Positions 1 through 9,420 of a stretch of DNA of 32,000 nucleotides are shown in pieces. Location: assembly GCF_000011125.1 (NCBI RefSeq), contig NC_000854.2, positions 1,050,001-1,082,000 of the forward strand. The letters run 5' to 3'. Numbering within the stretch: position 1 is the stretch's first letter; each line of letters begins with the position of its first letter. Source of the DNA: Aeropyrum pernix K1. Lineage in GTDB: Archaea; Thermoproteota; Thermoprotei_A; Sulfolobales; Acidilobaceae. Both the position numbers and the translations under genes were made by a program. The notes under the pieces were generated by a model. That model ran no database searches, was not told the origin of the DNA, and worked only from the letters and a program-made list of their open reading frames with translations.

Positions 1-597
1 GCTGTTAATGAGGGTCTAGCCAGCTACTACGGCTTCTCTAACTACGGCGAGGACCTCCTGGGCGACGCCCTATCCTGCACCAGGAGGCTCGAGCCAGTGG
101 CGGACCAGATACTATACAATCTAGCCTACAGGACTCCAGAGCAGCGGCTCATACCCCTCCTACACCAGCACGGAATGACCCCCATAGCGTGGAGCCCCCT
201 CGCGAAGGGCGCCCTGGCAGGCTTCAAAGGCGAGCCCACCAGGGCCCAGGCGGGTGACCCCGTCTTCAGAACTGCCCTAGAAGATACTGGGCTGCAGGAG
301 GTCCTGGAGTCCGTAGCCCGGCGTCTAGGGGCGTCGAAAGCGTCTGTAGCCCTGGCTTGGGTAGCCTACAAGGGTGCCGTGCCTATAGTGGGGTGGAGGA
401 GGCCTGAGAGGGTTAGGGAGGCGGCCGCGGCCGCCAGGCTAAAGCTGAGCGAGGAGGATGTGGCATTGCTTGACGAGGCGAGCAAGCGCTACGTAACATT
501 GTGGGGCAGCAGCTATAGCCCCCCAGGCCTGCGGAGGATCAGGCTAATTCCCGGGGCGCTGCAGCGGCTCGCCATAAGGTTGTGGGGAGGCATCTAG
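1..597 (+). CDS. Aldo/keto reductase, C-terminal part (5' end outside the window)
   Basis: Frame 1 is open from base 1 (AVNEGLASYYGFSNYGEDLLGDALSCTRRLEPV...) through the listed ORF. It carries the typical AKR C-terminal segments 'TPIAWSPLAKGALAG' and 'ASVALAWVAYKGAVPIVGWRRPERVREA'. Confidence 0.85.
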   Translation, partial: AVNEGLASYYGFSNYGEDLLGDALSCTRRLEPVADQILYNLAYRTPEQRLIPLLHQHGMTPIAWSPLAKGALAGFKGEPTRAQAGDPVFRTALEDTGLQEVLESVARRLGASKASVALAWVAYKGAVPIVGWRRPERVREAAAAARLKLSEEDVALLDEASKRYVTLWGSSYSPPGLRRIRLIPGALQRLAIRLWGGI

Positions 598-1100
598 GCC
601 TGCGCGCTAGCAGTCATCCTCCTATGCTCCTCCATCATGCACCTGTCGACTACAACGTCTAACCCGGCGTCCAGCAGCTTCTTCACAGCCTCCTCCGAAG
701 CCGTACCCTTCTGGAACCAGACGACTATCCTCCTCCCCGCCCTCCTGGCGAGCCTAATGGCCTGCTCGGCGACCGCCTCAGCCTCTCTGGGGGGTCTGAA
801 GACGTCTACCACATCCACCTCGCGGGCTATCTCATCCGGTATCTCGTCGAGGCTGGGGTAAGCCTTCTCACCCAGTATCTCGTCGGCGGAGGGGTTAACC
901 GGTATTATCCTGTATCCAGCCTTTTTGAGGTACTCGGGGACCCTGTATGCATCCTTCTCAGGGTTCCTGCTGGCGCCGACCACAGCCACCACCCGGGCTG
1001 TCCTGAGGACCTCGAACGGATCCCTTATAGAGCCCTTCACCGATAACCACCCACACAACATTTGGGGTGGCCCCGGGTTTAAGTCCTCCAATATAAACAT
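594..1100 (-). CDS. CoA-binding (YccU-like, Rossmann) domain protein; true start probably internal, near 'VKGSIRDPFEVL' (~1040)
   Basis: Sequence 'ARVVAVVGASRNPEKDAYRVPEYLKKAGYRIIPVNPSADEILGEKAYPSLDEIP...VVWFQKGTASEEAVKKLLDAGLDVVVDRCMMEEHRR' matches the CoA-binding domain family. Confidence 0.85.
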   Translation of the reverse strand: MFILEDLNPGPPQMLCGWLSVKGSIRDPFEVLRTARVVAVVGASRNPEKDAYRVPEYLKKAGYRIIPVNPSADEILGEKAYPSLDEIPDEIAREVDVVDVFRPPREAEAVAEQAIRLARRAGRRIVVWFQKGTASEEAVKKLLDAGLDVVVDRCMMEEHRRMTASAQA

Positions 1101-1137
1101 CTATCTTAAACCACGGGCCAGTGAGGTTGCAGAGCGT

Positions 1138-1512
1138 ATGACTGGGGAGGGGTATAAGCAGGCCATCGTAGTCAGGAGAGACCTGGGGATGGGGAGGGGT
1201 AAGGCAGCCGCCCAGGCTGCCCACGCCTCGTGCGAGGCGGTGTTCCTCATACTAGAGAGCGGTAGGCCCGAGTGGAGGAGGTGGCTGGAGATGTGGAGGC
1301 TTCAGGGTCAGGCTAAGGTAGTTCTGAGGGTTGAAAGCCTGGCCGAGCTGCAAGAAGTATATAGCAAGGCTGTGGAGGAGGGCCTGCCCGCCTCTTTCGT
1401 CAGGGACGCTGGCAAAACTCAGCTGGAGCCTGGTACGCCTACTGCTGCGGCGGTGGGCCCCGCACCCTCTAGGTTAGTCGACAGGATAACTGGGGGGCTC
1501 AAGCTTTTCTAA
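1138..1512 (+). CDS. pth2: Archaeal-type peptidyl-tRNA hydrolase (Pth2)
   Basis: ATG at 1138. 'YKQAIVVRRDLGMGRGKAAAQAAHASCEAV...WRLQGQAKVVLRVESLAEL...VRDAGKTQLEPGTPTAAAVGPAP' is a classic Pth2 signature. A TATA-like 'ctatcttaaacc' lies at ~1101. Confidence 0.95.
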   Translation: MTGEGYKQAIVVRRDLGMGRGKAAAQAAHASCEAVFLILESGRPEWRRWLEMWRLQGQAKVVLRVESLAELQEVYSKAVEEGLPASFVRDAGKTQLEPGTPTAAAVGPAPSRLVDRITGGLKLF

Positions 1513-1528
1513 TCACATTTCAACCCGG

Positions 1529-2017
1529 CTACGGGGATATGAGATCGTGTATCTCGTCGCCCATAACTGTGGTGCCGCAGTAGACGCACCGGTAGGCTGG
1601 CGGGTCTTGGGAGACGAGCACCATCTTCGAAACAGCCTTCTCCCTCTCCTTCCTCGTTATGCAGGTGGGGTTGGGGCACCGTAGAACCCCTTGTGACTCC
1701 TCCGGCAGCTTTAGCTTAACCTTCTCGACTACCTTGTAGTCCTCTATAACGTTGAAGGTCGCCCCGGGTGCTATGATACCGAGGACCTCCAGGTCCCTCT
1801 GCCGGGGCTTGTAGCCCTCAATCTTTAGTATATCCTTTCTACCCAGCTTCGAGCTCTCGGCGTTTATAACCACCGCTATCCTCCACCTATAGCCCCTGGG
1901 CGGGAGAAGGCCCAGTGCCTTGAGCATGGTGAACGCCCTGCCTGGGGGAATGTGGTCTATCACCACCCCGCTCCTTATCTTCCTAACAAGCAGTCCCTCG
2001 CCCTCCACCACAATCAC
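1529..2017 (-). CDS. pyrI: Aspartate carbamoyltransferase regulatory subunit
   Basis: Regulatory-chain sequence with a four-Cys zinc domain '[11 protein letters not shown]...[10 protein letters not shown]'; directly downstream of pyrB with an overlapping stop/start. Confidence 0.96.
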
Positions 2018-2952
2018 CCCCTCATAACCAGGTTCATGAGGGCCATCCTGACCCTCACACCCAACCTAGCCTGAGTGAAGTACGCCTGATACCTGCTGCT
2101 GTCGACGGAGAAATCTATCTCGTCCACACGGGGCAGCGGGTGCAGCACCTTCAACGATTCCTTCGCAAACGACTCCAGCAGGTCGAGGGTTACCCTATAG
2201 CTCCCCCTGAGGGATTCGTACTCCCTGGGGTCGGGTATCCTCTCCTTCTGTATCCTCGTCACGTAGAGGACATCCAGCTCTCCAAGCACGTCCTGCAGCC
2301 TCTCAACCTCAGTGTAGGGTACGCCCCGCTTCTCCAGGGCCTCGAGGACCTCCCTCCTAGCCCTCAGCTGCGGCGGGCTTATGAGGTATACATGCCTGGG
2401 GTTGAAGAGGGAGAGCCCGAGGATGAAGCTGCTGGCGGCCCTGCCGTAGCGGAGATCGCCGAGCACACCGTATGTTAGCCCGTCAACCGTGCCGAATAGG
2501 CTGTAAACCGTGTAGAGGTCCAGCATAGCCTGGGTGGGGTGGTGCTGGCGCCCGTCTCCACCGTTTATTACAGGCTTCTCCGCCACCTCCGCTGCATAGA
2601 GGGCTGCGCCCTCGTACCTATGCCTGATTACTATAGCGTCGGCGTACGAGTCCAGCATAGTTATCGTGTCGGCTAGGTTCTCCCCCTTGGCCACGCTTAT
2701 AGCCTCCTCGCCGCTTATGAGGAGCGTGGAGCCTCCAAGCCTTTTCACGGCAGTCTCGAAGCTCAGCCTAGTCCTCGTGCTAGGCTCGAAGAAGGCGAGA
2801 GCCACAACCTTACCATCCAGAGGCTTGGACCCGGCCTTAGACTCTATAACGTCAGCCTGCCTGAAGAGGAGCTCTAGGTCTCCGCGGGTGAAGTCGGTTA
2901 TGGATATTACATCGCGCCCTTTGAAAGGGTTCCCCGCCACCCGGCTAGCCAC
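2014..2952 (-). CDS. pyrB: Aspartate carbamoyltransferase catalytic subunit
   Basis: '[21 protein letters not shown]', '[15 protein letters not shown]', '[17 protein letters not shown]', '[11 protein letters not shown]'. Confidence 0.98.
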
Positions 2953-2979
2953 CCGCAGATCATTCTAGGCCGGAGGGTT

Positions 2980-3786
2980 TTAGGGGAATATGGGTTGCAG
3001 AGGCTCCTCGCCCTCCCTGCCTATAATGTAGGGCGCGATCTCGACGTACTCCCTTATAACCGAGGTCTCTATCTTGGGGAGGAGGACCCTCTCAATCTGG
3101 AAGAAGCCGGCGTAGCTCAGCATCTTAACCTCTATCCTCACAGGCCTCATAGACCCCTTGCTGATTAGAACCTGCTTTATGCTTATAGCGCTCAGACTGT
3201 GCATGTCAAGCTTCCCCTTGAGATAGGGTATCCTAGCCCTCCCCTCAGCCATATCGGTCGCGTCAGCCACCTTGACAGTTCCAGCCTCCACAGTCAGCGC
3301 CTTCACATTAGGTGCTGTGGCATATATTGCGTGCATAACCTCTGACCTGAAGAACACCCTCTTCCTGGTGCTCCAATCCGGAAACACCTTGGAAACTATC
3401 CTGTCTATAATCCTTTCAGACATGACAGCCCCTATCAGCTCGTGGTTATCCCTGTGAACGCTGTTTCCAATATCGTGTAGAAAGGCCGCCAGGAGGACCA
3501 CCGCCTTAGCCTCTTCAACATCCTCTAGCGTGCCGTCCGAGAGTGTGGACGGTGTCACGCCGCTCTCTAGAAGCCTATCAAAAATCTCCAGCGCGGAGCC
3601 CGCAATTATCCTGGCGTGGACCGGTCCATGGTCGTTGTAGAGCAGCCTCCCCACAGCCATGACGTTTGACATGCGGAAGAGGGCCTGTATCTCCTGGTCC
3701 TCCTCGATCAGGTGGTATATGCTCGAGAGGACCTCGCTCTCCTTGACCTTCTCCCTAACTAGAGTTGGGGTTACCTGGACAGACAT
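2980..3786 (-). CDS. HD-domain metal-dependent phosphohydrolase family protein
   Basis: 'HGPVHARIIAGSALEIFDRLL', 'VVLLAAFLHDIGNSVHRDNHE' (HD motif) and 'VKVADATDMAEGRARI'. Confidence 0.85.
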   Translation of the reverse strand: MSVQVTPTLVREKVKESEVLSSIYHLIEEDQEIQALFRMSNVMAVGRLLYNDHGPVHARIIAGSALEIFDRLLESGVTPSTLSDGTLEDVEEAKAVVLLAAFLHDIGNSVHRDNHELIGAVMSERIIDRIVSKVFPDWSTRKRVFFRSEVMHAIYATAPNVKALTVEAGTVKVADATDMAEGRARIPYLKGKLDMHSLSAISIKQVLISKGSMRPVRIEVKMLSYAGFFQIERVLLPKIETSVIREYVEIAPYIIGREGEEPLQPIFP

Positions 3787-3792
3787 GCCATG

Positions 3793-4113
3793 CTAGCCCC
3801 CGCCAACCTCCTTTACCACCCACTCAACATAGCTCTCATTACCCCTAGAGACGTCGAGGGCAAGTATCTCGGGCACGCTGTAGGGGTGCATCTCTTTAAC
3901 AGCTTTGATGAGGCTGTCGAGCTTCTCCTCGCTAGTCTTAATAATCAGCAGGTCCTCATCGTCGAGGTTTATAGACCCCTCCCACCAGTAGTAGCTCTTT
4001 ATACCCCGGACAACGTTAACGCAGGCCGCCAGCCTCTGCTCCACAATCTCCCTTGCAAGCCTGTCTCCATCACCCTTGGGAGCAGTGACCAAGACAACCT
4101 TCACGCGCGACAT
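3793..4113 (-). CDS. cutA: CutA-like divalent-cation tolerance protein
   Basis: 'VVLVTAPKGDGDRLAREIVEQRLAACVNVVRGIKSYYWWEGSINLDDEDLLIIKTSEEKLDSLIKAVKEMHPYSVPEILALDVSRGNESYVEWV' is the full CutA signature. Confidence 0.96.
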   Translation of the reverse strand: MSRVKVVLVTAPKGDGDRLAREIVEQRLAACVNVVRGIKSYYWWEGSINLDDEDLLIIKTSEEKLDSLIKAVKEMHPYSVPEILALDVSRGNESYVEWVVKEVGGG

Positions 4114-4196
4114 GGAACATCAACCCCCTAGGACGTGGGCCTCCAGAAGACATTGTCGGGGCCGGGGTTAAAATTATAGTTTAAGTGGGGCAGGGC

Positions 4197-5600
4197 TTAC
4201 CGCCTTGCCCCGCCCCTACGTAGGATATAGTGAATGGGCCTCTCAAGCGCTAGCTCGGCGACTTCTTTCAACGCCTCGGAAACGCTCGGGTGTGGGTGTA
4301 TTGTGAGGGCGAGGTCCTCCAGCGTAGCCCCCATCTCTATGGCCAGAGCGGCCTCGGCGATTATCTCCGAGGCGTGAGGCGCAGCCACGTGGAACCCGAG
4401 TATAGCGCGGCTGCTTCTATCGTAGACCACCTTAGCGAAGCACTCCCTGCAACCCTCGATCGCCCCCACCCTGGGAAGGCTAGCTAGGGGGAGCCTAGTC
4501 TCCGCGGCATCCACACCCGCCGCCCTAGCCTCCTCAAGCGTCAACCCTACAGTAGCCAGCTCGGGGTCTGTATACACTACGGCAGGCACTGCTTTGGCGT
4601 CGAAGGCGGCGGAGGAGTCGCCCGCAGCCCTCTCCGCGGCGACTACCGCCTGGAGGAACGCTCTATGGGCTAGGAGGGGGGGCCCGGTGACGTCGCCGCT
4701 GGCATACACCCCCGGTACCCCCGTCTCCAGAGTGGCACCATCCACCTGTATATAGCCGGCCTTGTCAAGCTTCACCCCCAGCTTCTCAAGCCCCACGTCC
4801 CCCGTGTTGGGCCTCCTCCCCACGGCCACGAGTATAGCATCGTACTCCATCTTGCCAACCCCGGAGACCTCGACAACCGCGTAGCGCTCGCGCCTCTCCA
4901 CAGCCTCGACCTTGCTCTTAGTGTGTATCTTCACGCCCTCAGCCCTCAGCCTCCTCTCCACGACTCTGGAGAAATCCCTCTGCATGTTAGGAAGTAGCCT
5001 GTCGAGAAGCTCCACTATGGTAACCTCGACCCCTAGCCTAGCCATGGCCGTGGCATACTCTACCCCAATGTATCCACCGCCAACTATGAGCATTCTACCC
5101 GGCTTCCTCCTCAGGCCGAGTATGGTTCTGTTGTTGTGTACAACCTCCCCGTCGGGCTCGAGACCAGGTATTGAGGCGGGGCTGGTGCCGAGGGCCAGAA
5201 CCAGCTTTGAATACCCTATGCTGCCCGACCCGTCAACCTCGACAACGCCAGGCCTTATCTTCGCCCTGCCCTTTACAACCTCAACACCGTAACCCTTGAG
5301 CAGCGTTGAAACGCCGTTTGAAACACCCTTAACAACACTATCAACCCACTCCATGAGGCCCTTGAAGTCCACGTCCACGCTGCCCTTGACGAACTTGAGC
5401 CTCGCTAGCGAGGCTACAAGACCTGCGGGGTGTAGAAGAGCTTTCGTCGGTATGCAACCATAGTTGGTGCACTCCCCGCCCAGGCTATCCATCTCCACTA
5501 GGGCGACGTTCAGCCCTTCCTGTGCAGCTCGGACAGCCGCTGGATATCCCCCGGGGCCTCCGCCGACAACCACGAGGTCGAACCTCTCCAAACCAGCCAC
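4197..5600 (-). CDS. lpdA: Dihydrolipoamide dehydrogenase (E3)
   Basis: FAD motif 'DLVVVGGGPGGYPAAVRAAQ', redox-active disulfide 'GGECTNYGCIPTKALLH' and the 'LAIEMGATLEDLALTIHPHPSVSEAL' C-terminal interface. Next to E2. Confidence 0.96.
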   Translation of the reverse strand: MAGLERFDLVVVGGGPGGYPAAVRAAQEGLNVALVEMDSLGGECTNYGCIPTKALLHPAGLVASLARLKFVKGSVDVDFKGLMEWVDSVVKGVSNGVSTLLKGYGVEVVKGRAKIRPGVVEVDGSGSIGYSKLVLALGTSPASIPGLEPDGEVVHNNRTILGLRRKPGRMLIVGGGYIGVEYATAMARLGVEVTIVELLDRLLPNMQRDFSRVVERRLRAEGVKIHTKSKVEAVERRERYAVVEVSGVGKMEYDAILVAVGRRPNTGDVGLEKLGVKLDKAGYIQVDGATLETGVPGVYASGDVTGPPLLAHRAFLQAVVAAERAAGDSSAAFDAKAVPAVVYTDPELATVGLTLEEARAAGVDAAETRLPLASLPRVGAIEGCRECFAKVVYDRSSRAILGFHVAAPHASEIIAEAALAIEMGATLEDLALTIHPHPSVSEALKEVAELALERPIHYILRRGGARR

Positions 5601-5684
5601 CCCACATTTACATATGGATCTTTAGACGGCCAGCAGAGCTGTGACCAGTTACCTGGGTAAAAAGAGGGGGTGATAACCGAGAGG

Positions 5685-6923
5685 CTACCGGAATTCATAG
5701 TCCTCGGCGAAGAGGAGGGCGGGGTTCTCGAGCAGCCTCTTAACCTCCATAAGGAACCTGGTCGCGTAGGCACCCTCCAGGGCTCTGTGGTCGAAGCTTA
5801 GCGACACAAACCCAATTTTCCTCGGCTTGAGCTCTCCGTCAACGTAGACAGGCCTCTCGACCAGCCTGTGGACGCCTAGTATGGCAACGTTGGGCGGGTA
5901 TATCACGGGGAAGCCTATCACGCTGCCGATGCTGCCTACGTTGGTTATAGTGAAGGTTGCTCCCGACACTTCCTCAAGGCTAAGCCTCATCTCTCTAGCC
6001 TTAGCCGTGAGATCGGCTATCTCCCTCGCTATCGCGAACAACCCCTTTTTCTCAACGTTCTTTACAACGGGGACTACGAGGCCGTGTGGCGTGTCGACCG
6101 CGAACCCGATGTTCACAGCCTTCTTAACGACGATCTCCATCTTCTCCTCGTCGAACTCGGAGTTGACTAGAGGATACTTCCTGATAGCCTTTGCCACAGC
6201 CTTGAACACGAAGGGGAGGTAGGTCAGCCTAACCCCCTTCTCCTCGGCATCCCTCTTCAGGGCCTCCCTAAGCTTAGAGAGCTCTGTGAAGTCGACCTCC
6301 TCTGCAATATAGGCGTGAGGTATCTTCGACTTGCTCAGGCTCATAGACTGGGCCATGGACCTCTTGATACCCCTTACAGGTATCCTCTCCTCAGCCTCCT
6401 CTGCGACAGGCGGGGGTGCTTCAGGCTTGGGTGCCGTGGCGAGCATCGCAGCCGCCCTCCTGACGTCATCCTCCGTAATAGCACCCCGTGGGCCTGTGCC
6501 CCTCACTCTGGCTAGGTCTACGCCGAGCTGCCGGGCCAGCCTCCTAACCCTTGGCGGTGCTCTGACTAGAATGGCAGGGGCTGCTTGCGGGGGAGGAGCA
6601 GCCGCCTCCTCAGCCTTAGGAGGCTCGACTGTCGCAGAGGGCTTCTCCGCCGCCTCTGGCGCCTTAGGAGCCTCTCCCTCCTCAACCTCAATCTCAATTA
6701 TAGGATCCCCAACCCTAACCACGTCGCCCGGCTTGGCTAGAAGCCTCACAACCCTACCCGTGTATGGGGATGGTATTTCCACCGTCGCTTTCGCAGTCAG
6801 CACCCTGACTAGAGGGCTGAACTGCTTTACAACCGCCCCCTCCTCTACTAGCCACTCTACAATCTCCCCCTCGGCTATGCCCTCTCCAATATCCGGTAGC
6901 TTTACCTGGACAATCCTACCCAC
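5685..6923 (-). CDS. 2-oxoacid dehydrogenase complex E2, dihydrolipoyl acyltransferase
   Basis: N-terminal lipoyl domain ('LPDIGEGIAEGEIVEWLVEEGAVV...LTAKATVEIPSPYTGRV'), Pro/Ala/Glu linker, peripheral-subunit-binding domain ('RAPPRVRRLARQLGVDLARVRGTGPRGAITEDDV') and catalytic 'LSFDHRALEGAYATRFL'. Confidence 0.96.
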   Translation of the reverse strand: MGRIVQVKLPDIGEGIAEGEIVEWLVEEGAVVKQFSPLVRVLTAKATVEIPSPYTGRVVRLLAKPGDVVRVGDPIIEIEVEEGEAPKAPEAAEKPSATVEPPKAEEAAAPPPQAAPAILVRAPPRVRRLARQLGVDLARVRGTGPRGAITEDDVRRAAAMLATAPKPEAPPPVAEEAEERIPVRGIKRSMAQSMSLSKSKIPHAYIAEEVDFTELSKLREALKRDAEEKGVRLTYLPFVFKAVAKAIRKYPLVNSEFDEEKMEIVVKKAVNIGFAVDTPHGLVVPVVKNVEKKGLFAIAREIADLTAKAREMRLSLEEVSGATFTITNVGSIGSVIGFPVIYPPNVAILGVHRLVERPVYVDGELKPRKIGFVSLSFDHRALEGAYATRFLMEVKRLLENPALLFAEDYEFR

Positions 6924-6938
6924 TAGAGACCTACCCCC

Positions 6939-7916
6939 TCACCACTGCATAACTTCTGTTACTGCCCTGTATATCTTAGCGAGGTTAGGCAAGTAGAGCT
7001 TCTCGTGGGCTAGGGGGTATGGTGTGTCGTAGCTGGCCACCCTCTTAACGGGGCCGCGTAGCAAGTCTATGTAGTTCTCGCTAATGTATGCGGCTATCTC
7101 CGCGCCCGGGCCTAGTATCTTCCTAGCCTCGTGGACTATAACGAGCCTTCCAGTCTTCTCGAGACTCTTCACAACCATATCTTTATCCCATGGCTGGAGA
7201 GTTCTGAGATCGATTATCTCGATGCTCCAGCCCCTCTTCTCTCTGAGGAGCTCAGCAGCCTCCTTGGCCAGATGCACCATAGCGCCCCATGTTACTAGGG
7301 TGACGTCCGACCCTTCCTGGACAAGCCTAGCCTGGCCCAGGGGGATTGTGTAGTCGTTGTCCGGAACCTCCTCCCTGATAGTCCTGTAGATGCTCTTAGG
7401 CTCGAGAAATATGACGGCGTCATCGCTCCGTATAGACGATTTAAGCAGCCCCTTCGCATCGTAGGGTGTGGATGGCATGACGACGTAGAGGCCTGGAGTG
7501 TGGATGAAGTACGGCTCGTTGCTCTGGCTGTGGTGCATTCCCCCTCTTATGCCGCCGCAGCAGGGCCCCCTTATTACAAGGGGCACGTTATACATGCCAC
7601 CGCTCCTGAACCTATACCAGGCCGCATTGTTTACTATCTGGTCGAACGCCTCGTATATGAAGTCGATAAACTGTATCTCCGCAACCGGCCTAAGACCGTA
7701 CATAGCCATCCCTATAGCGAACGCCACGATACCCATCTCGGTGAGGGGAGTGTCTATAACCCTCTCCTCGCCGAACTCGTCGATGAGACCCTCAGTTACG
7801 AGGAAGACTCCCCCCCTCCTGCCAACGTCCTCCCCAAGCACAACAACACTCTTATCCCGCCTCATCTCCTCCCTGAGAGCAGTGTTAAGAGCCTGCACCA
7901 TGTTCATAACAGGCAC
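6939..7916 (-). CDS. 2-oxoacid dehydrogenase complex E1 component, beta subunit
   Basis: 'MVQALNTALREEMRRDKSVVVLGEDVGRRGGVF', 'RVIDTPLTEMGIVAFAIGMAMYGLRPVAEIQFIDF', 'LVIRGPCCGGIRGGMHHSQS'. Confidence 0.96.
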   Translation of the reverse strand: MPVMNMVQALNTALREEMRRDKSVVVLGEDVGRRGGVFLVTEGLIDEFGEERVIDTPLTEMGIVAFAIGMAMYGLRPVAEIQFIDFIYEAFDQIVNNAAWYRFRSGGMYNVPLVIRGPCCGGIRGGMHHSQSNEPYFIHTPGLYVVMPSTPYDAKGLLKSSIRSDDAVIFLEPKSIYRTIREEVPDNDYTIPLGQARLVQEGSDVTLVTWGAMVHLAKEAAELLREKRGWSIEIIDLRTLQPWDKDMVVKSLEKTGRLVIVHEARKILGPGAEIAAYISENYIDLLRGPVKRVASYDTPYPLAHEKLYLPNLAKIYRAVTEVMQW

Positions 7917-7930
7917 CGCACGCCACCCCC

Positions 7931-9118
7931 CTACTCCTTATAGCTCAGGCCCAGCTCCTCCATAGTTTTGAGCGTCTCCTCCAGATCCCGCTCCTCCTCC
8001 TGGATGAACCAGGGCTTCTCCCCGTATACGTTCTGGAAGAACACGTTCTCCGGCAGCGGGGGCTTCGCCAGCACCTTCCTCACTATCTCTTCAACCTTGC
8101 TATTCCACTCCTCCTCTATGCTGAGGGCCTCCTTCTCGGTCAATATACCCATGCTCTCCATGAACTTCCTCATCCTCCTCAGGGGTTCATACCTCTCCAT
8201 AATTCTCTCTTCCTCACTAGTCCTGTACCTTGAGGGGTCGTCGGCCGTTGTGTGTGGGCCAAGCCTGTATGTCACAGCCTCTATCAAGGTTGGTCCACCG
8301 CCTCTCCTAGCCTTCTCCGCCGCATCGCTGACAATCTTGTACACCACCATTACATCGTTGCCATCTATCCTAACGCCCGGAACCCCATATGCAAGACCCT
8401 TAACAGCCAGTGAGGGTGCGGCAGTCTGTCTCGCCCTGGGAACGCTTATAGCCCACTGGTTGTTCTGTATCACTAAAACCGCTGGAACCTTGAACACGCC
8501 AGCGAAGTTTAGCCCGGCGTGGAAGTCGCCCCTGCTGGTGGCGCCGTCGCCGAAGAATGTGAGGGTAACCGTATCCCTGCCCAGGTACTTCATCGCGTAC
8601 GCGGCGCCCACCGAGATGGGGATCTGGTTGCCCACAGGGACGGGGGCTGGCACCAGGTTATACTTCCTGTTTCCGAATATGGCGAAGTCGCTTCCCTTCA
8701 GAGGGTCGTCAGCGTTCGCCAGAGCCCTGTCGAGAATTTCCTCCTCGCTCATACCCCTGACCAGGTAGGCGCCGAGCTCTCTATAGCTGGGGAACACCCA
8801 GTCATCTCTCCTCAAAGGCTTCGCGGCGCCCACTGCAACGGCCTCCTGCCCCTTGTTTGGGGCGTGTAGCGCAACCTTACCCATCCTCTGCAGCTTCAGA
8901 AGCCAACTGTCGATAACTCTCGCCCTGACCATGTAGGTGTATATCTCTACAATCTCCCCCTCGCTGACCTTGGGAAGAAGTTCCTCGTCGACTACCCTGC
9001 CCTCCTCGTCGACTGCCCTCTTAAACCCCAGAGCATCTTCGAGGAGAGTCTTATACTCCTCCACAACGTTTTTCTCGACAGGCTTGAAAGGAGTATCAAT
9101 AAGGCCTGTTTTACTCAT
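7931..9118 (-). CDS. 2-oxoacid dehydrogenase complex E1 component, alpha subunit (likely start ATG at 9118; the listed ORF extends to 9226)
   Basis: Thiamine-diphosphate motif 'TLTFFGDGATSRGDFHAGLNFAGVFKVPAVLVIQNNQWAIS', plus 'RIDGNDVMVVYKIV' and 'EAVTYRLGPHTTADDPSRYR'. The last residues are consistent with an in-frame ATG (MSKTGLIDTPF) at 9118. Confidence 0.95.
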   Translation of the reverse strand: MSKTGLIDTPFKPVEKNVVEEYKTLLEDALGFKRAVDEEGRVVDEELLPKVSEGEIVEIYTYMVRARVIDSWLLKLQRMGKVALHAPNKGQEAVAVGAAKPLRRDDWVFPSYRELGAYLVRGMSEEEILDRALANADDPLKGSDFAIFGNRKYNLVPAPVPVGNQIPISVGAAYAMKYLGRDTVTLTFFGDGATSRGDFHAGLNFAGVFKVPAVLVIQNNQWAISVPRARQTAAPSLAVKGLAYGVPGVRIDGNDVMVVYKIVSDAAEKARRGGGPTLIEAVTYRLGPHTTADDPSRYRTSEEERIMERYEPLRRMRKFMESMGILTEKEALSIEEEWNSKVEEIVRKVLAKPPLPENVFFQNVYGEKPWFIQEEERDLEETLKTMEELGLSYKE

Positions 9119-9230
9119 ATTAAGGCCCGCTTTAATAGTAATTGCAAGTAGTCTATTTATCCATCCTAAATACAGTCTTATGAACACCGCCACACACTTA
9201 GGCCACCCAATGCCACTGGTTTCCACCGCC

Positions 9231-9420
9231 CCTCCATGGAGGCGTTAAACCCCGCTGAAGCCTGAAGACAGAGGGAGGGGAAGCCAGTTAACACGATAGT
9301 CTAACGGTGAGCCCCGGTCTTACGCTTCAAGGCCGAGTAGAAGGATAAACTGTGAGACCGAAGGCCGGTGGGCATGTAAAGACTCTCCAGCTATGACCCT
9401 CTAATAACTCCCTCCCAACC
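9231..9420. other. Structured non-coding segment, candidate ncRNA or relic element
   Basis: Palindrome 'cctccatggagg' (~9232-9243), helix GGTCTTAC (9316-9323)/GTGAGACC (9352-9359), outer gggaggg (9273-9279)/ccctccc (~9410-9416), no supported ORF. Confidence 0.35.

Noticed and set aside
6331-6996. 221-aa plus-strand ORF opposite E2
   Set aside because: Low-complexity Ser/Thr/Ala translation antisense to a well-supported E2 acyltransferase; typical high-GC shadow ORF.
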